From the NCBI GenBank assembly GCA_003281255.1, contig QCCL01000007.1, positions 648 through 64,647 on the forward strand: a stretch of DNA of 64,000 nt, read 5' to 3'. A program made the position numbers and the translations under genes. Of this stretch, positions 18,764 through 26,912 are shown one piece after another; the first letter of the stretch is position 1, and every line of letters begins with the position of its first letter. This DNA comes from Prochlorococcus sp. AG-347-L02 (lineage in GTDB: Bacteria; Cyanobacteriota; Cyanobacteriia; PCC-6307; Cyanobiaceae). The notes under the pieces are model-generated. The model was not told where the DNA came from, ran no database searches, and saw only the letters and a program-made list of their open reading frames with translations.

Positions 18764-19948
18764 TTGAAAGATTTAACTAATTTAAAAACATATATTATTG
18801 ACTCTGATGATCCACATGAGGTTGATGACGCTGTTTCATTAGAAATAAAAGAAGGAAATAAAAAAAATTTATGGATACATATTAGTAATCCATGCAAACT
18901 CTTTTTGCATGACTCTAATGTTGATTTAAATGCAAGAAAGAGAAATAGCAGTTTATATTTAATTGATCAACATGTCCCAATGCTACCTAAAAATATTCTT
19001 GAAAAGGCAAATCTAGCTCAAAATAAAGTTTCAGAAACCATTAGTGCAGCAATAGAATTCAATGACGATGGATCAATAAATAAATATGAAATAATTGAAG
19101 CAATAATAAAACCAAAATATCAATTAACATATGAAGATGCAAATGAAATATTAGAAATAGAACCTAAAGAAGAAATAGAATTAATTGAAATTAAAAATTT
19201 ATTAGAAAAAAGTATTAAATTCAGAAAGAAACAAGGAGCAATTATTTTTGAAAGTCCTAATAGTAAAATTAAATTATATGAGGACAAGATTATACTAACT
19301 AAATTAGAGAAAACAATATCACAAATTATAGTTGCAGAATCAATGATTTTAATGAATTATGTAACAAGTCTATTTATGAATAAATATAATTTAGCGGCTG
19401 CATTTAGGATTCAAAAATTAAATTGTAATCCATCTGAAATACTTAATAGATACAATGATAGTGATATTAAATATATAATATTAAAACAATATATGGGAAG
19501 AAGTTATATTACAACTAAGCCAGGAATCCATGAATCATTAGGCCTTAAAATGTATGTACAATGCACATCACCATTGAGAAGATATCTAGATTTAATTATA
19601 CAAAGGCAAGTCTATAATAAAATTAATAATTATGAAGTTTTAAGTAAAAATACAGTTTCTAAGATTATAGATTTTTCAAAGAATAGACAATCAGAAAATA
19701 ATAATATATTTAAAAATGATAAATTTAAGTATTTAACATTATTTTTTAATAATGAAAAAAAAGCTTTTTATAAAATAATATTTGTTAAGTGGATTAATCA
19801 TAGCAAAAATATTGCTTTGGTTTATTTTCCAGATTATTCACTAGAAATACTTATTACTCTCTTTGTATCAATAGAAATATATAGTAATAAAATATATAAA
19901 GTTAAATATATTATAAATGATAGTAAACTTTTAGAGTTTATTTATTAA
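18764..19948 (+). CDS. Short RNB-domain exoribonuclease (RNase II family), no N-terminal cold-shock domains
   Basis: 394 aa. Catalytic motif IDSDDPHEVDDAVSLE begins at about residue 12. Also WIHISNP, HVPMLP and TSPLRRYLDLIIQRQ. TTG start. Confidence 0.75.
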   Translation: MKDLTNLKTYIIDSDDPHEVDDAVSLEIKEGNKKNLWIHISNPCKLFLHDSNVDLNARKRNSSLYLIDQHVPMLPKNILEKANLAQNKVSETISAAIEFNDDGSINKYEIIEAIIKPKYQLTYEDANEILEIEPKEEIELIEIKNLLEKSIKFRKKQGAIIFESPNSKIKLYEDKIILTKLEKTISQIIVAESMILMNYVTSLFMNKYNLAAAFRIQKLNCNPSEILNRYNDSDIKYIILKQYMGRSYITTKPGIHESLGLKMYVQCTSPLRRYLDLIIQRQVYNKINNYEVLSKNTVSKIIDFSKNRQSENNNIFKNDKFKYLTLFFNNEKKAFYKIIFVKWINHSKNIALVYFPDYSLEILITLFVSIEIYSNKIYKVKYIINDSKLLEFIY

Positions 19949-20016
19949 TAAGATAATAAATATAATAGGTTGTTATTAGTTTAAAAAATATCTGTTAGTA
20001 TAAATAGAAAAGCTTT

Positions 20017-21561
20017 ATGACCTTTGTCATTACTACACCTTTATACTATGTTAATGATAAACCTCATTTAGGAAGTGTATATACAACAATAATTTGTGAC
20101 TCAATAGCTAGGTATAAAAGGCTTACAGGTGAAAATGTTATTTTCATCACTGGTGTTGATGAACATGGTTTAAAAATACAAAGAACAGCTAATGAAAAGG
20201 GAATTGAACCAAAATCACATTGTGATGAAATCTCAGAAGTCTTTAATAATAATTGGAAATATTGGAATATATCTTTTGATAAATTTATAAGAACAAGCTC
20301 AAAAAATCATGAATTTGTTGTTAATGAATTTTATGAAAGAGTAAAAGCATCAGATGATATCTATATGGGAGTTCAAAAAGGTTGGTATTGTGTCGGTTGT
20401 GAAGAATTTAAAGATAATCCAGAAAACTCATCAACATACAAATGTCCCATACATCAAAAAAATCTAGAATGGAAAAATGAAGAGAATCTATTTTTTAGGC
20501 TTTCAAAATATCAAAAAGAAATTGAGAAAATAATCAACGAACCTTCTTTTATAGAGCCAGTAGAAAGAAAAAATGAAATTATAAATTTTGTATCAAGAGG
20601 TTTAAAGGATTTTTCAATTTCAAGAACTAATGTCTCATGGGGAATTCCTGTCCCTGGTTACGATAACCATACCTTTTATGTATGGTTTGATGCTTTACTT
20701 GGATATGTAAGCGCCATTAGCTCTGATGCGACAGAACATTCATTGGAAAATTCAATTATTGGAGGATGGCCAGCGGATGTACATTTTATTGGTAAAGATA
20801 TTCTGAGATTTCATGCTGTATATTGGCCCGCTATGCTCATTTCTGCCAATATGAAAGTTCCTAAAAAGGTTTTTGGGCATGGGTTTCTTACAAGAGAGGG
20901 GCAAAAAATGGGTAAAAGCTTGGGAAATGTACTCGACCCTGATTTATTGCTTGCAAAATATGGAAATGATCCTGTAAGGTGGTACCTAATTAAAGATATA
21001 TCACTAGGAAATGATGGAGATTTTCAAGATAAAAGATTTGTTGACATTATCAATAATGACTTAGCTAATACAATTGGCAATTTATTAAATAGAACATCGT
21101 CTATGTCTAGAAAATGGTTTGATAATAAAGTGCCAAATAATGAAAAAATTTTAAGTGAAAATAAATTAGAGAATTCTGCCAAAATTGCAGTCGAAAAATA
21201 TATTTATAACTTCGATAACTACAAATTAGATCTAGCAGCTAATGAAGTCCTTAGCTTAGCAATTAATACAAACTTGTATTTGAATGATAATCAGCCATGG
21301 CTGTTAATAAAAGATAAAGATAATCTACCTCTAGTTGAACAAATTATTTATAACGTTTTAGAAAGTACCCGAATAATTGGATTGTTATTAATACCTTTAT
21401 TGCCCGAATTATCTACAAAAATTAATGAACAACTTGGTTCTGTATACAGAGAAGAAATCCCTTGGAAACAACAATTAAGTTGGGGATTATTAGTGAGTAA
21501 CTCAAGTCTTCCTCAACCCACTCCAATCATAAATAAACTGGAGTATGAGCAACATTTATAG
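20017..21561 (+). CDS. metG: Methionine--tRNA ligase
   Basis: 514 aa. PLYYVNDKPHLGS (HIGH-type), Cys knuckle CVGCEEF...CPIH, KMGKSLGN (KMSKS). Confidence 0.95.
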   Translation: MTFVITTPLYYVNDKPHLGSVYTTIICDSIARYKRLTGENVIFITGVDEHGLKIQRTANEKGIEPKSHCDEISEVFNNNWKYWNISFDKFIRTSSKNHEFVVNEFYERVKASDDIYMGVQKGWYCVGCEEFKDNPENSSTYKCPIHQKNLEWKNEENLFFRLSKYQKEIEKIINEPSFIEPVERKNEIINFVSRGLKDFSISRTNVSWGIPVPGYDNHTFYVWFDALLGYVSAISSDATEHSLENSIIGGWPADVHFIGKDILRFHAVYWPAMLISANMKVPKKVFGHGFLTREGQKMGKSLGNVLDPDLLLAKYGNDPVRWYLIKDISLGNDGDFQDKRFVDIINNDLANTIGNLLNRTSSMSRKWFDNKVPNNEKILSENKLENSAKIAVEKYIYNFDNYKLDLAANEVLSLAINTNLYLNDNQPWLLIKDKDNLPLVEQIIYNVLESTRIIGLLLIPLLPELSTKINEQLGSVYREEIPWKQQLSWGLLVSNSSLPQPTPIINKLEYEQHL

Positions 21562-22168
21562 ATTAATAATTTTCCTCCCATTATTTATGCTTGGTTGCGC
21601 TCCAAAAGTAATTGATGAAAATAAAGTAATACAAAAAATAGAAAGTTTAGATATGACTATTTTCTCTAAAAGTGGAGATAAAATATATTCAATTACCAGT
21701 CCAAATTCAAGTTATAACAATATAGAATTAGAATTCGAATTAAAAAACCCCATCATTAATATTCTCGATGAGGAAGAAACTAAATATATTATTAGTTCAG
21801 AAGATTCTACATTATCAGACAACAATAAACTCCTGAAATTGAAAGGGAATGTTAAATTAAAAACTCTTAAAAAAGATGGGGATTTTTTATATGCTGATAA
21901 TTTTATTTGGAATATAGAAAGTACTAACTATCTATTAGAGGGTAATATAAGATTTGAAAATCAAAATATCATCTTAAATTCAGGAAAAGCCATATTGGGA
22001 TCAGATAGTATAATTGAATTTTTCAATCCAGTAAAATATATAATAAAAGATGAAAATAACGAAAATAAATATGAAATAAATTCAGAAAATGCTTACTACA
22101 ATTTAACTACTGAATCAGTAAGTTTTAAAGCAAAAGATAAAAGAGTAAAATCAATAATTTATTTTTAA
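21545..22168 (+). CDS. Lipoprotein, possibly LptC/OstA-like
   Basis: 207 aa. Lipobox LFMLGC. Beta-rich repetitive body reminiscent of LptC. The start overlaps metG by 17 nt. Confidence 0.45.
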   Translation: MSNIYRLIIFLPLFMLGCAPKVIDENKVIQKIESLDMTIFSKSGDKIYSITSPNSSYNNIELEFELKNPIINILDEEETKYIISSEDSTLSDNNKLLKLKGNVKLKTLKKDGDFLYADNFIWNIESTNYLLEGNIRFENQNIILNSGKAILGSDSIIEFFNPVKYIIKDENNENKYEINSENAYYNLTTESVSFKAKDKRVKSIIYF

Positions 22169-22791
22169 ATTTTATTTTTTGAAAAAATATTATTAATTTT
22201 TTTGGACCAGTTATTAATCCATTTTTCATCAGACTTTGTAAAACACTTAGCACTCCAGCCTCCAATCAATATAAAAGCCTTACTATTTATAGGTACAACT
22301 AAGATAGATGGAATATCGGCACAAAAATTAAAAAATTCATCTCTTCCAGGATAAAATTTAGTGTTTGCTAAAGATATTAATTTCATATCTTTTATAGATC
22401 TCAGACAAGTTTCCCCAGGTTTAAAATCATTACTTGAAGTGATTCCCCTCCTCAATATATTAACTCCATCATTGTGGATTAATATTGCTGCTGCTGCTGT
22501 AGAAGTTAATATTGCTTCAGAACCCCATGCAAGTTCATCAATAACTTCAGCCGGCATGTTTCTATCGAAGAGAAACTTATTTTCTCCTTTTAAAGCAGCT
22601 TTCTCACCAGCTAATGGTTCGAATTGTTTAAATAAAAAACCTATCAAAATAATAATTAATGAAGCTATTGCGGCTAACACTTGTGCTCTTTCAAGCTCAG
22701 GAGTGATTGTTTCTATTGAAATGAAATTTGCTATCTGAAAAATAAAGAGTAATGCACCGACTAATATTAATGATTTCCCATTGAATCCCAT
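22165..22791 (-). CDS. Conserved membrane protein (possibly DUF2930/CCB-type cytochrome b6f cofactor-assembly family)
   Basis: 208 aa, two N-terminal TM helices then a soluble domain. The CDS call is solid; the family assignment is from memory and weak. Confidence 0.55.
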   Translation of the reverse strand: MGFNGKSLILVGALLFIFQIANFISIETITPELERAQVLAAIASLIIILIGFLFKQFEPLAGEKAALKGENKFLFDRNMPAEVIDELAWGSEAILTSTAAAAILIHNDGVNILRRGITSSNDFKPGETCLRSIKDMKLISLANTKFYPGRDEFFNFCADIPSILVVPINSKAFILIGGWSAKCFTKSDEKWINNWSKKINNIFSKNKI

Positions 22792-22902
22792 ATTTTAAAT
22801 ATTTTATTTCTAATTAAATTATGCAAATATTATATTGTTTAATACATTTAAAATTACTCAAACATATGGTTTTTAATATATAATTAACCAAAACCTTTCA
22901 AA

Positions 22903-23214
22903 ATGAACCTAAAAATCAATAAATATATATTATCTCTTATTTTTACTGGCTTAATTTTTTTTCTTATCCCCTCGAGTACATTCGCAAATGAAATTAATAG
23001 CATAAATAAATATTTGGGTATAACTCAACAGAAGACTGTTATGAATTACGAAAAAAGTCAGCCTTCATCTATTGATAACCCTGTAGTGGATCCAAATTTT
23101 AACACTATGAGATCAAAAGATACAGAGAGTTCAACTGCTACTTATATAGTCATAGGTTTGTTAATCGCTGCCACAATTATACCTTTAGCAACATGGTGGT
23201 ATTTCTCTAAATAA
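22903..23214 (+). CDS. Hypothetical protein with signal peptide and C-terminal TM anchor
   Basis: 103 aa. N-terminal hydrophobic segment ending FANE. C-terminal YIVIGLLIAATIIPLATWWYF. Confidence 0.45.
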   Translation: MNLKINKYILSLIFTGLIFFLIPSSTFANEINSINKYLGITQQKTVMNYEKSQPSSIDNPVVDPNFNTMRSKDTESSTATYIVIGLLIAATIIPLATWWYFSK

Positions 23215-23224
23215 TAGAGAATTT

Positions 23225-23785
23225 ATGAATGCAAACGATAAAAGTATTAGTGATTATTCATCTTATATAGTTTTTATTACAGGGGGAACAAAGAGTGGCA
23301 AAAGCGAATTCGCTGAGCATCTTGCAAAGGAGGTAAAAAAAATATCCTATGTTGCTTTATCTGAAAACAATTTGGATGATGAAGAATGGCAAGATAAAAT
23401 TAATCTACATCGAAAAAGAAGGCCAAAAAATTGGAAATTAATAGAAACGACAGATCTATTAAATACATTAAAAAAAGAAGAAGGTCCATTATTAATAGAT
23501 TCGATTGGCGGATTCGTTATGAAAAGTATTGGCAAGAAAAAAAATGAATGGTCAACAAAAATGAATTCACTTATAAGTCTCCTAATGAAAAGAAAAAGCA
23601 TAACAATTATTGTTGGAGAACAAGTAGGTTGGAGTCTTGTCTCTGAATATAAAATTGGTAATACCTATATTGAAAGAATCGGCGAACTTCAAAAGAGAAT
23701 AACCAAAATATCAAAAGATAATTGGCTGACAATAAACGGCAGAGCAATCAAAATAGATGAAATAAGTATTGAAATACCTACTTAA
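23225..23785 (+). CDS. cobU: Adenosylcobinamide kinase / adenosylcobinamide-phosphate guanylyltransferase
   Basis: 186 aa. P-loop ITGGTKSGKSEFAE, typical of CobU/CobP. Confidence 0.8.
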   Translation: MNANDKSISDYSSYIVFITGGTKSGKSEFAEHLAKEVKKISYVALSENNLDDEEWQDKINLHRKRRPKNWKLIETTDLLNTLKKEEGPLLIDSIGGFVMKSIGKKKNEWSTKMNSLISLLMKRKSITIIVGEQVGWSLVSEYKIGNTYIERIGELQKRITKISKDNWLTINGRAIKIDEISIEIPT

Positions 23786-23787
23786 AA

Positions 23788-24270
23788 TTGGAAGTCGCTC
23801 TTTTTGAACCTAGAATCCCACAAAATACTGGTAATATTGCCAGATCATGTGCTGCATTTAATATACCTTTAAATCTTATAGAGCCTTTGGGTTTTAAACT
23901 AGAAGATAAGTATTTAAAAAGAGCAGGATTAGACTATTGGCCTCTAGTTACAGTTAATAAGTATGAGAATTTTGAAAAATTTTTAACGTCAAAATCAACA
24001 AAAAGAATAATTTGTTTTAGTAAAAAAAATGGATTATACTTGAAGGATTTTAATTTTATGCAAGATGATATTTTACTATTTGGGAGAGAAGATTCAGGAT
24101 TACCAGATTCCATTATTAATAAAAGCGACTTTTTAATATCAATATTTATGCCGAATTTACAGATTGAGAACAATGATCAAAAAGGTGTTAGAAGTCTAAA
24201 CCTTTCTGTAGCATGCGGAATTGCTATGTATGAGGCTCACAAACAAATAAATTTTCAAAATGGTAATTAA
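23788..24270 (+). CDS. trmL: tRNA (cytidine/uridine-2'-O-)-methyltransferase, SpoU/TrmL type
   Basis: 160 aa. LFEPRIPQNTGNIARSCAAF, FGREDSGLP, SLNLSVACGIAMYEA. TTG start. Confidence 0.8.
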   Translation: MEVALFEPRIPQNTGNIARSCAAFNIPLNLIEPLGFKLEDKYLKRAGLDYWPLVTVNKYENFEKFLTSKSTKRIICFSKKNGLYLKDFNFMQDDILLFGREDSGLPDSIINKSDFLISIFMPNLQIENNDQKGVRSLNLSVACGIAMYEAHKQINFQNGN

Positions 24271-24299
24271 GTACAACCAATGCCTTACAATATTTCCAT

Positions 24300-24373
<74 letters not shown>

Positions 24374-24440
24374 TTTTCAATACTTTTCAATTGATGAACA
24401 TAGGTGAAATTTTAATTTAAATAAACTATTAAAGACAATA

Positions 24441-24728
24441 ATGTTTAATTCGCTCGGCACAGTCTTAGATCCAAAGAAATCTAAAGCAAAATATCCAGAA
24501 GCCAGGGTTATAGTTCTTGATGACAATTTTAATACTTTTCAGCATGTCGCAAATTGTCTTCTAACAATAATCCCAAGCATGAGTGAAAAAAGGGCATGGG
24601 ATCTAACCATAAAAGTTGACAAAACAGGATCGGCGGAGGTTTGGAGAGGTAATCTTGAACAGGCAGAGTTATATCATGAGCAACTCTTCAGAAAAGGATT
24701 AACAATGGCTCCAATTGAGAAAACATAA
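24441..24728 (+). CDS. clpS: ATP-dependent Clp protease adaptor ClpS
   Basis: 95 aa. VIVLDDNFNTFQHVANCLLTIIP...AWDLTIKVDKTGSAEVW...AELYHEQL. Confidence 0.9.
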   Translation: MFNSLGTVLDPKKSKAKYPEARVIVLDDNFNTFQHVANCLLTIIPSMSEKRAWDLTIKVDKTGSAEVWRGNLEQAELYHEQLFRKGLTMAPIEKT

Positions 24729-24739
24729 AATAAGTAAGA

Positions 24740-24991
24740 TTGACAGAAAATTTTTGGCTTATAAATTCGAATCGTTCAAGGGTTAAAAGGTTCTCAAAGA
24801 ATAATCAAAATAAAGATAAATTTTTTGAATATATGTTTATTGACTCTGGAAGAATTCTTGGTGTTTTAGGAAAAGAACCACCTCTTATGACAACCAGAGA
24901 AGAACTTAAAGTTGATAAAGCTAGAGATGAATGGAAAAAGTTAATCGCTCAAGGTTGGAGGAGAACCAAACCAGTTTGGGAAGACTCTTAG
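24740..24991 (+). CDS. Small picocyanobacterial hypothetical protein (DUF1651-like)
   Basis: 83 aa with TTG start. FWLINSNRS...GKEPPLMTTRE...AQGWRRTKPVW resembles DUF1651 from memory. An alternative ATG start would give 52 aa. Confidence 0.5.
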   Translation: MTENFWLINSNRSRVKRFSKNNQNKDKFFEYMFIDSGRILGVLGKEPPLMTTREELKVDKARDEWKKLIAQGWRRTKPVWEDS

Positions 24992-25342
24992 TATCCAATA
25001 TTGTTACTAGGGTTAGTTATATAAATTATGAGATTAAGGACGTAGTTAGCGGGTAAATTTAATGGCTTCAAAAGTAACAAAGCCATCCCTTGAGTCACAT
25101 TAAATTCTTTATTTTTCATAAAAAAAAAAGTCTCATTTTAATTATAAAAAGTCTGTCAAATAAAAACTAAAAATACTGAAAAAAAGATACATAAGCATTT
25201 ATTATTTAAAAATTTTCAAGATATCTTATATCTAAAAATAATTTTAGAAAATTACAGATTTAGGGTTTTGTTATTGAATATTTAACAAAAAATCCACGTA
25301 ATAATTTCATAATCCCTACTATTTAATTATAATTAATACCCA

Positions 25343-25492
25343 ATGAAAAATCTCATTTCAAGCAAAAGATTCAGAGCTATATTTGGTATTGGAATAGTTG
25401 CTATAAGTATTGGATTAATATCAAAAAAAGTGATTAATTATCCAGCTGGAGGATGTATTAAAGGGACTCAAGAAATAACCTTTAATATCTAG
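25343..25492 (+). CDS. 49-aa single-TM mini-ORF
   Basis: Read by hand: MKNLISSKRFRAIFGIGIVAISIGLISKKVINYPAGGCIKGTQEITFNI. Not in the track (below 60 aa). Confidence 0.3.
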   Translation: MKNLISSKRFRAIFGIGIVAISIGLISKKVINYPAGGCIKGTQEITFNI

Positions 25493-25515
25493 CCATTAAT
25501 CTTCATACATATTCT

Positions 25516-25905
25516 TTAATTCTTAAATCCAGTCAACTTTGATAAATCTTTTAGTGAAAGTACGCCTAAAATAAGTTTTCCATTTATTTCCCATGTGGGA
25601 AACCCTTTAATTTTTTTATCAATGCATAATTGAGTTTGACTGTTTATGCCATCTCTTGCACATTCAACTACATTAAGTTCTCTATAAGCTTGCTTACCAA
25701 ATAATTCACTTTGATTAAGGCAATTAGGACACCAATATGCTGAATATTTAACTACACCTTTATCTTTAAGGTATTTTGCCAACTCGATAGATTCGCTAGT
25801 GCTTTCTGAGGTAACTGTAAGTTCTCTCTGATTATTCAAGTGGGAACTATGAACAACACTTGGTGCATTAAGCAAAACAAATAGTGGGATTAATAAGCGT
25901 TTCAT
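25516..25905 (-). CDS. Secreted thioredoxin-like protein (CxxC), resembling the Trx-like domain of cyanobacterial VKOR
   Basis: 129 aa. Signal peptide MKRLLIPLFVLLNAPSVVHS. KYSAYWCPNCLNQSELFG...VVEC...GFPTWEING. Confidence 0.7.
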   Translation of the reverse strand: MKRLLIPLFVLLNAPSVVHSSHLNNQRELTVTSESTSESIELAKYLKDKGVVKYSAYWCPNCLNQSELFGKQAYRELNVVECARDGINSQTQLCIDKKIKGFPTWEINGKLILGVLSLKDLSKLTGFKN

Positions 25906-26142
25906 TTATTTAAAAATTTTCCTCCATATTTTCTGACTATTTTATCAAGCAAAATTCGAATATCTTTATTTTTAAGTTTCTCTATTTGCTGAAAATTTTC
26001 AAGAAGATCACATTTTGATTCTGTGTATCTTCTTTTAATTCACTTACTGCCATTTATATTTTGAGTTTAATGTTCAAATTTTAAATCAAAAGTAAATTTA
26101 AATACTTATTGTATTTATATTTTTTTATTGCTATTTTTTTAA

Positions 26143-26183
26143 AGCGGGCTAAGGTTCATATCTCCACGAGGATTTAGTCCGCT
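26143..26183 (+). other. Orphan GC-rich stem-loop (10-bp stem, 21-nt loop) followed by a T-run
   Basis: AGCGGGCTAA-(21 nt: GGTTCATATCTCCACGAGGAT)-TTAGTCCGCT with one G-T pair, then GAATTTTT. It is the only GC-rich structured element in this AT-rich spacer. Confidence 0.45.
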
Positions 26184-26304
26184 GAATTTTTAAAGATTCA
26201 ATTTATTTTGGATCGCTCTTTAAGAAGTTTATTAGAAATATTCAAAAATATTTATCTTAGTTTAATTTCTAAATTCTATTGAAAAGCATTCTAATATAAT
26301 TATT

Positions 26305-26321
26305 AATAGTGTGACACTATT
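26305..26321. promoter_or_regulatory. Operator-like 17-bp perfect palindrome S3 (AATAGTGT-G-ACACTATT)
   Basis: Perfect inverted arms of 8 nt. It touches the first base of the stop codon of the RHH gene (26321-26323). Same core as S1 and S2 upstream of that gene. Confidence 0.6.
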
Positions 26322-26683
26322 TATTTAATAATATTATTTCGCTTCATAATTTTCTTAAAATACTTAAACTCAATAAATTCATGCATCATTTTGATATCAT
26401 CAGATAATGCTTTTTTATTAACTTCATAGTCTTCCGTATAAAGTGAAGATATACTATTTTCAGAGATTGTTTCTTGATCAAAGGAAAAATTGACTAGATC
26501 CCCTCTTTCGTTTTTATTTTTACCAAAAGATTGATTTAATACACCTCGAGACCTCAACGCTTCCTCGACCAATAAACCCGTAACCTTTGACTGACTAAAT
26601 TCATTAGCTGTGCACAATTTTTCAATAATTTCATGAACTTCTGCACTTGGCAAAAAACCAATTCTTTTCCTCGGAGAGGGCAT
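26321..26683 (-). CDS. Ribbon-helix-helix (CopG/Arc-like) DNA-binding protein with unknown C-terminal half
   Basis: 120 aa. N-terminus RKRIGFLPSAEVHEIIEKLCTANEFSQSKVTGLLVEEAL fits the strand-helix-turn-helix RHH pattern. Confidence 0.6.
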   Translation of the reverse strand: MPSPRKRIGFLPSAEVHEIIEKLCTANEFSQSKVTGLLVEEALRSRGVLNQSFGKNKNERGDLVNFSFDQETISENSISSLYTEDYEVNKKALSDDIKMMHEFIEFKYFKKIMKRNNIIK

Positions 26684-26696
26684 AATTAAGAAAAAT

Positions 26697-26709
26697 AAGT
26701 GTCACACTT
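26697..26709. promoter_or_regulatory. Operator-like 13-bp perfect palindrome S1 (AAGTGT-C-ACACTT)
   Basis: Lies 14-26 bp upstream of the RHH start codon (26683). It overlaps a plus-strand -35-like TTGCAC (26708-26713). Confidence 0.6.
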
Positions 26710-26716
26710 GCACATT

Positions 26717-26733
26717 ATAAGTGTTGCACTATA
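26717..26733. promoter_or_regulatory. Operator-like imperfect palindrome S2 (ATAAGTGT-T-GCACTATA)
   Basis: Centre is 22 bp from the S1 centre. S1 and S2 bracket a minus-strand TATAAT (26714-26719). S2 also lies between the plus-strand TTGCAC (-35) and TATATT (26730-26735, 16-nt spacer). Confidence 0.55.
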
Positions 26734-26759
26734 TTTAATTTAAGTCAACTAATTTTGCT

Positions 26760-26912
26760 ATGCATATTTTAATATTTCCTGCCGGATTTATTCTTTGGTA
26801 TATAGCTTATGAAGCAAAACCTATTATTAATGATGAAGTAACACTTCATTGGGAAGAGAAAAATATAAATAAAAGAAATAAACTTTTAAATATAATCAAC
26901 GACAGCTTTTAA
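26760..26912 (+). CDS. 50-aa mini-ORF with N-terminal TM segment
   Basis: Read by hand: MHILIFPAGFILWYIAYEAKPIINDEVTLHWEEKNINKRNKLLNIINDSF. Divergent from the RHH gene across the operator region. Confidence 0.3.
   Translation: MHILIFPAGFILWYIAYEAKPIINDEVTLHWEEKNINKRNKLLNIINDSF

Noticed and set aside
24451-24461. CGCTCGGCACA in the first codons of clpS resembles the tRNA 3' end CGCTCGAGACA. It might be an att-type direct repeat marking an integration event.
   Set aside because: Only 9 of 11 positions match, and it lies inside a conserved core gene upstream of the island rather than at its far border. I found no copy of the tRNA 3' half near 28.8 kb.
24988-25119. 43-codon minus-strand ORF (MKNKEFNVTQGMALLLLKPL...). 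Also a 7-bp hairpin ATGGCTT/AAGCCAT at 25062-25086, which could be a terminator or small RNA downstream of the DUF1651-like gene.
   Set aside because: An ORF this short is expected by chance, and it runs through the hairpin. The hairpin has an 11-nt loop and no adjacent T-run, so neither a CDS nor a terminator call is supportable.
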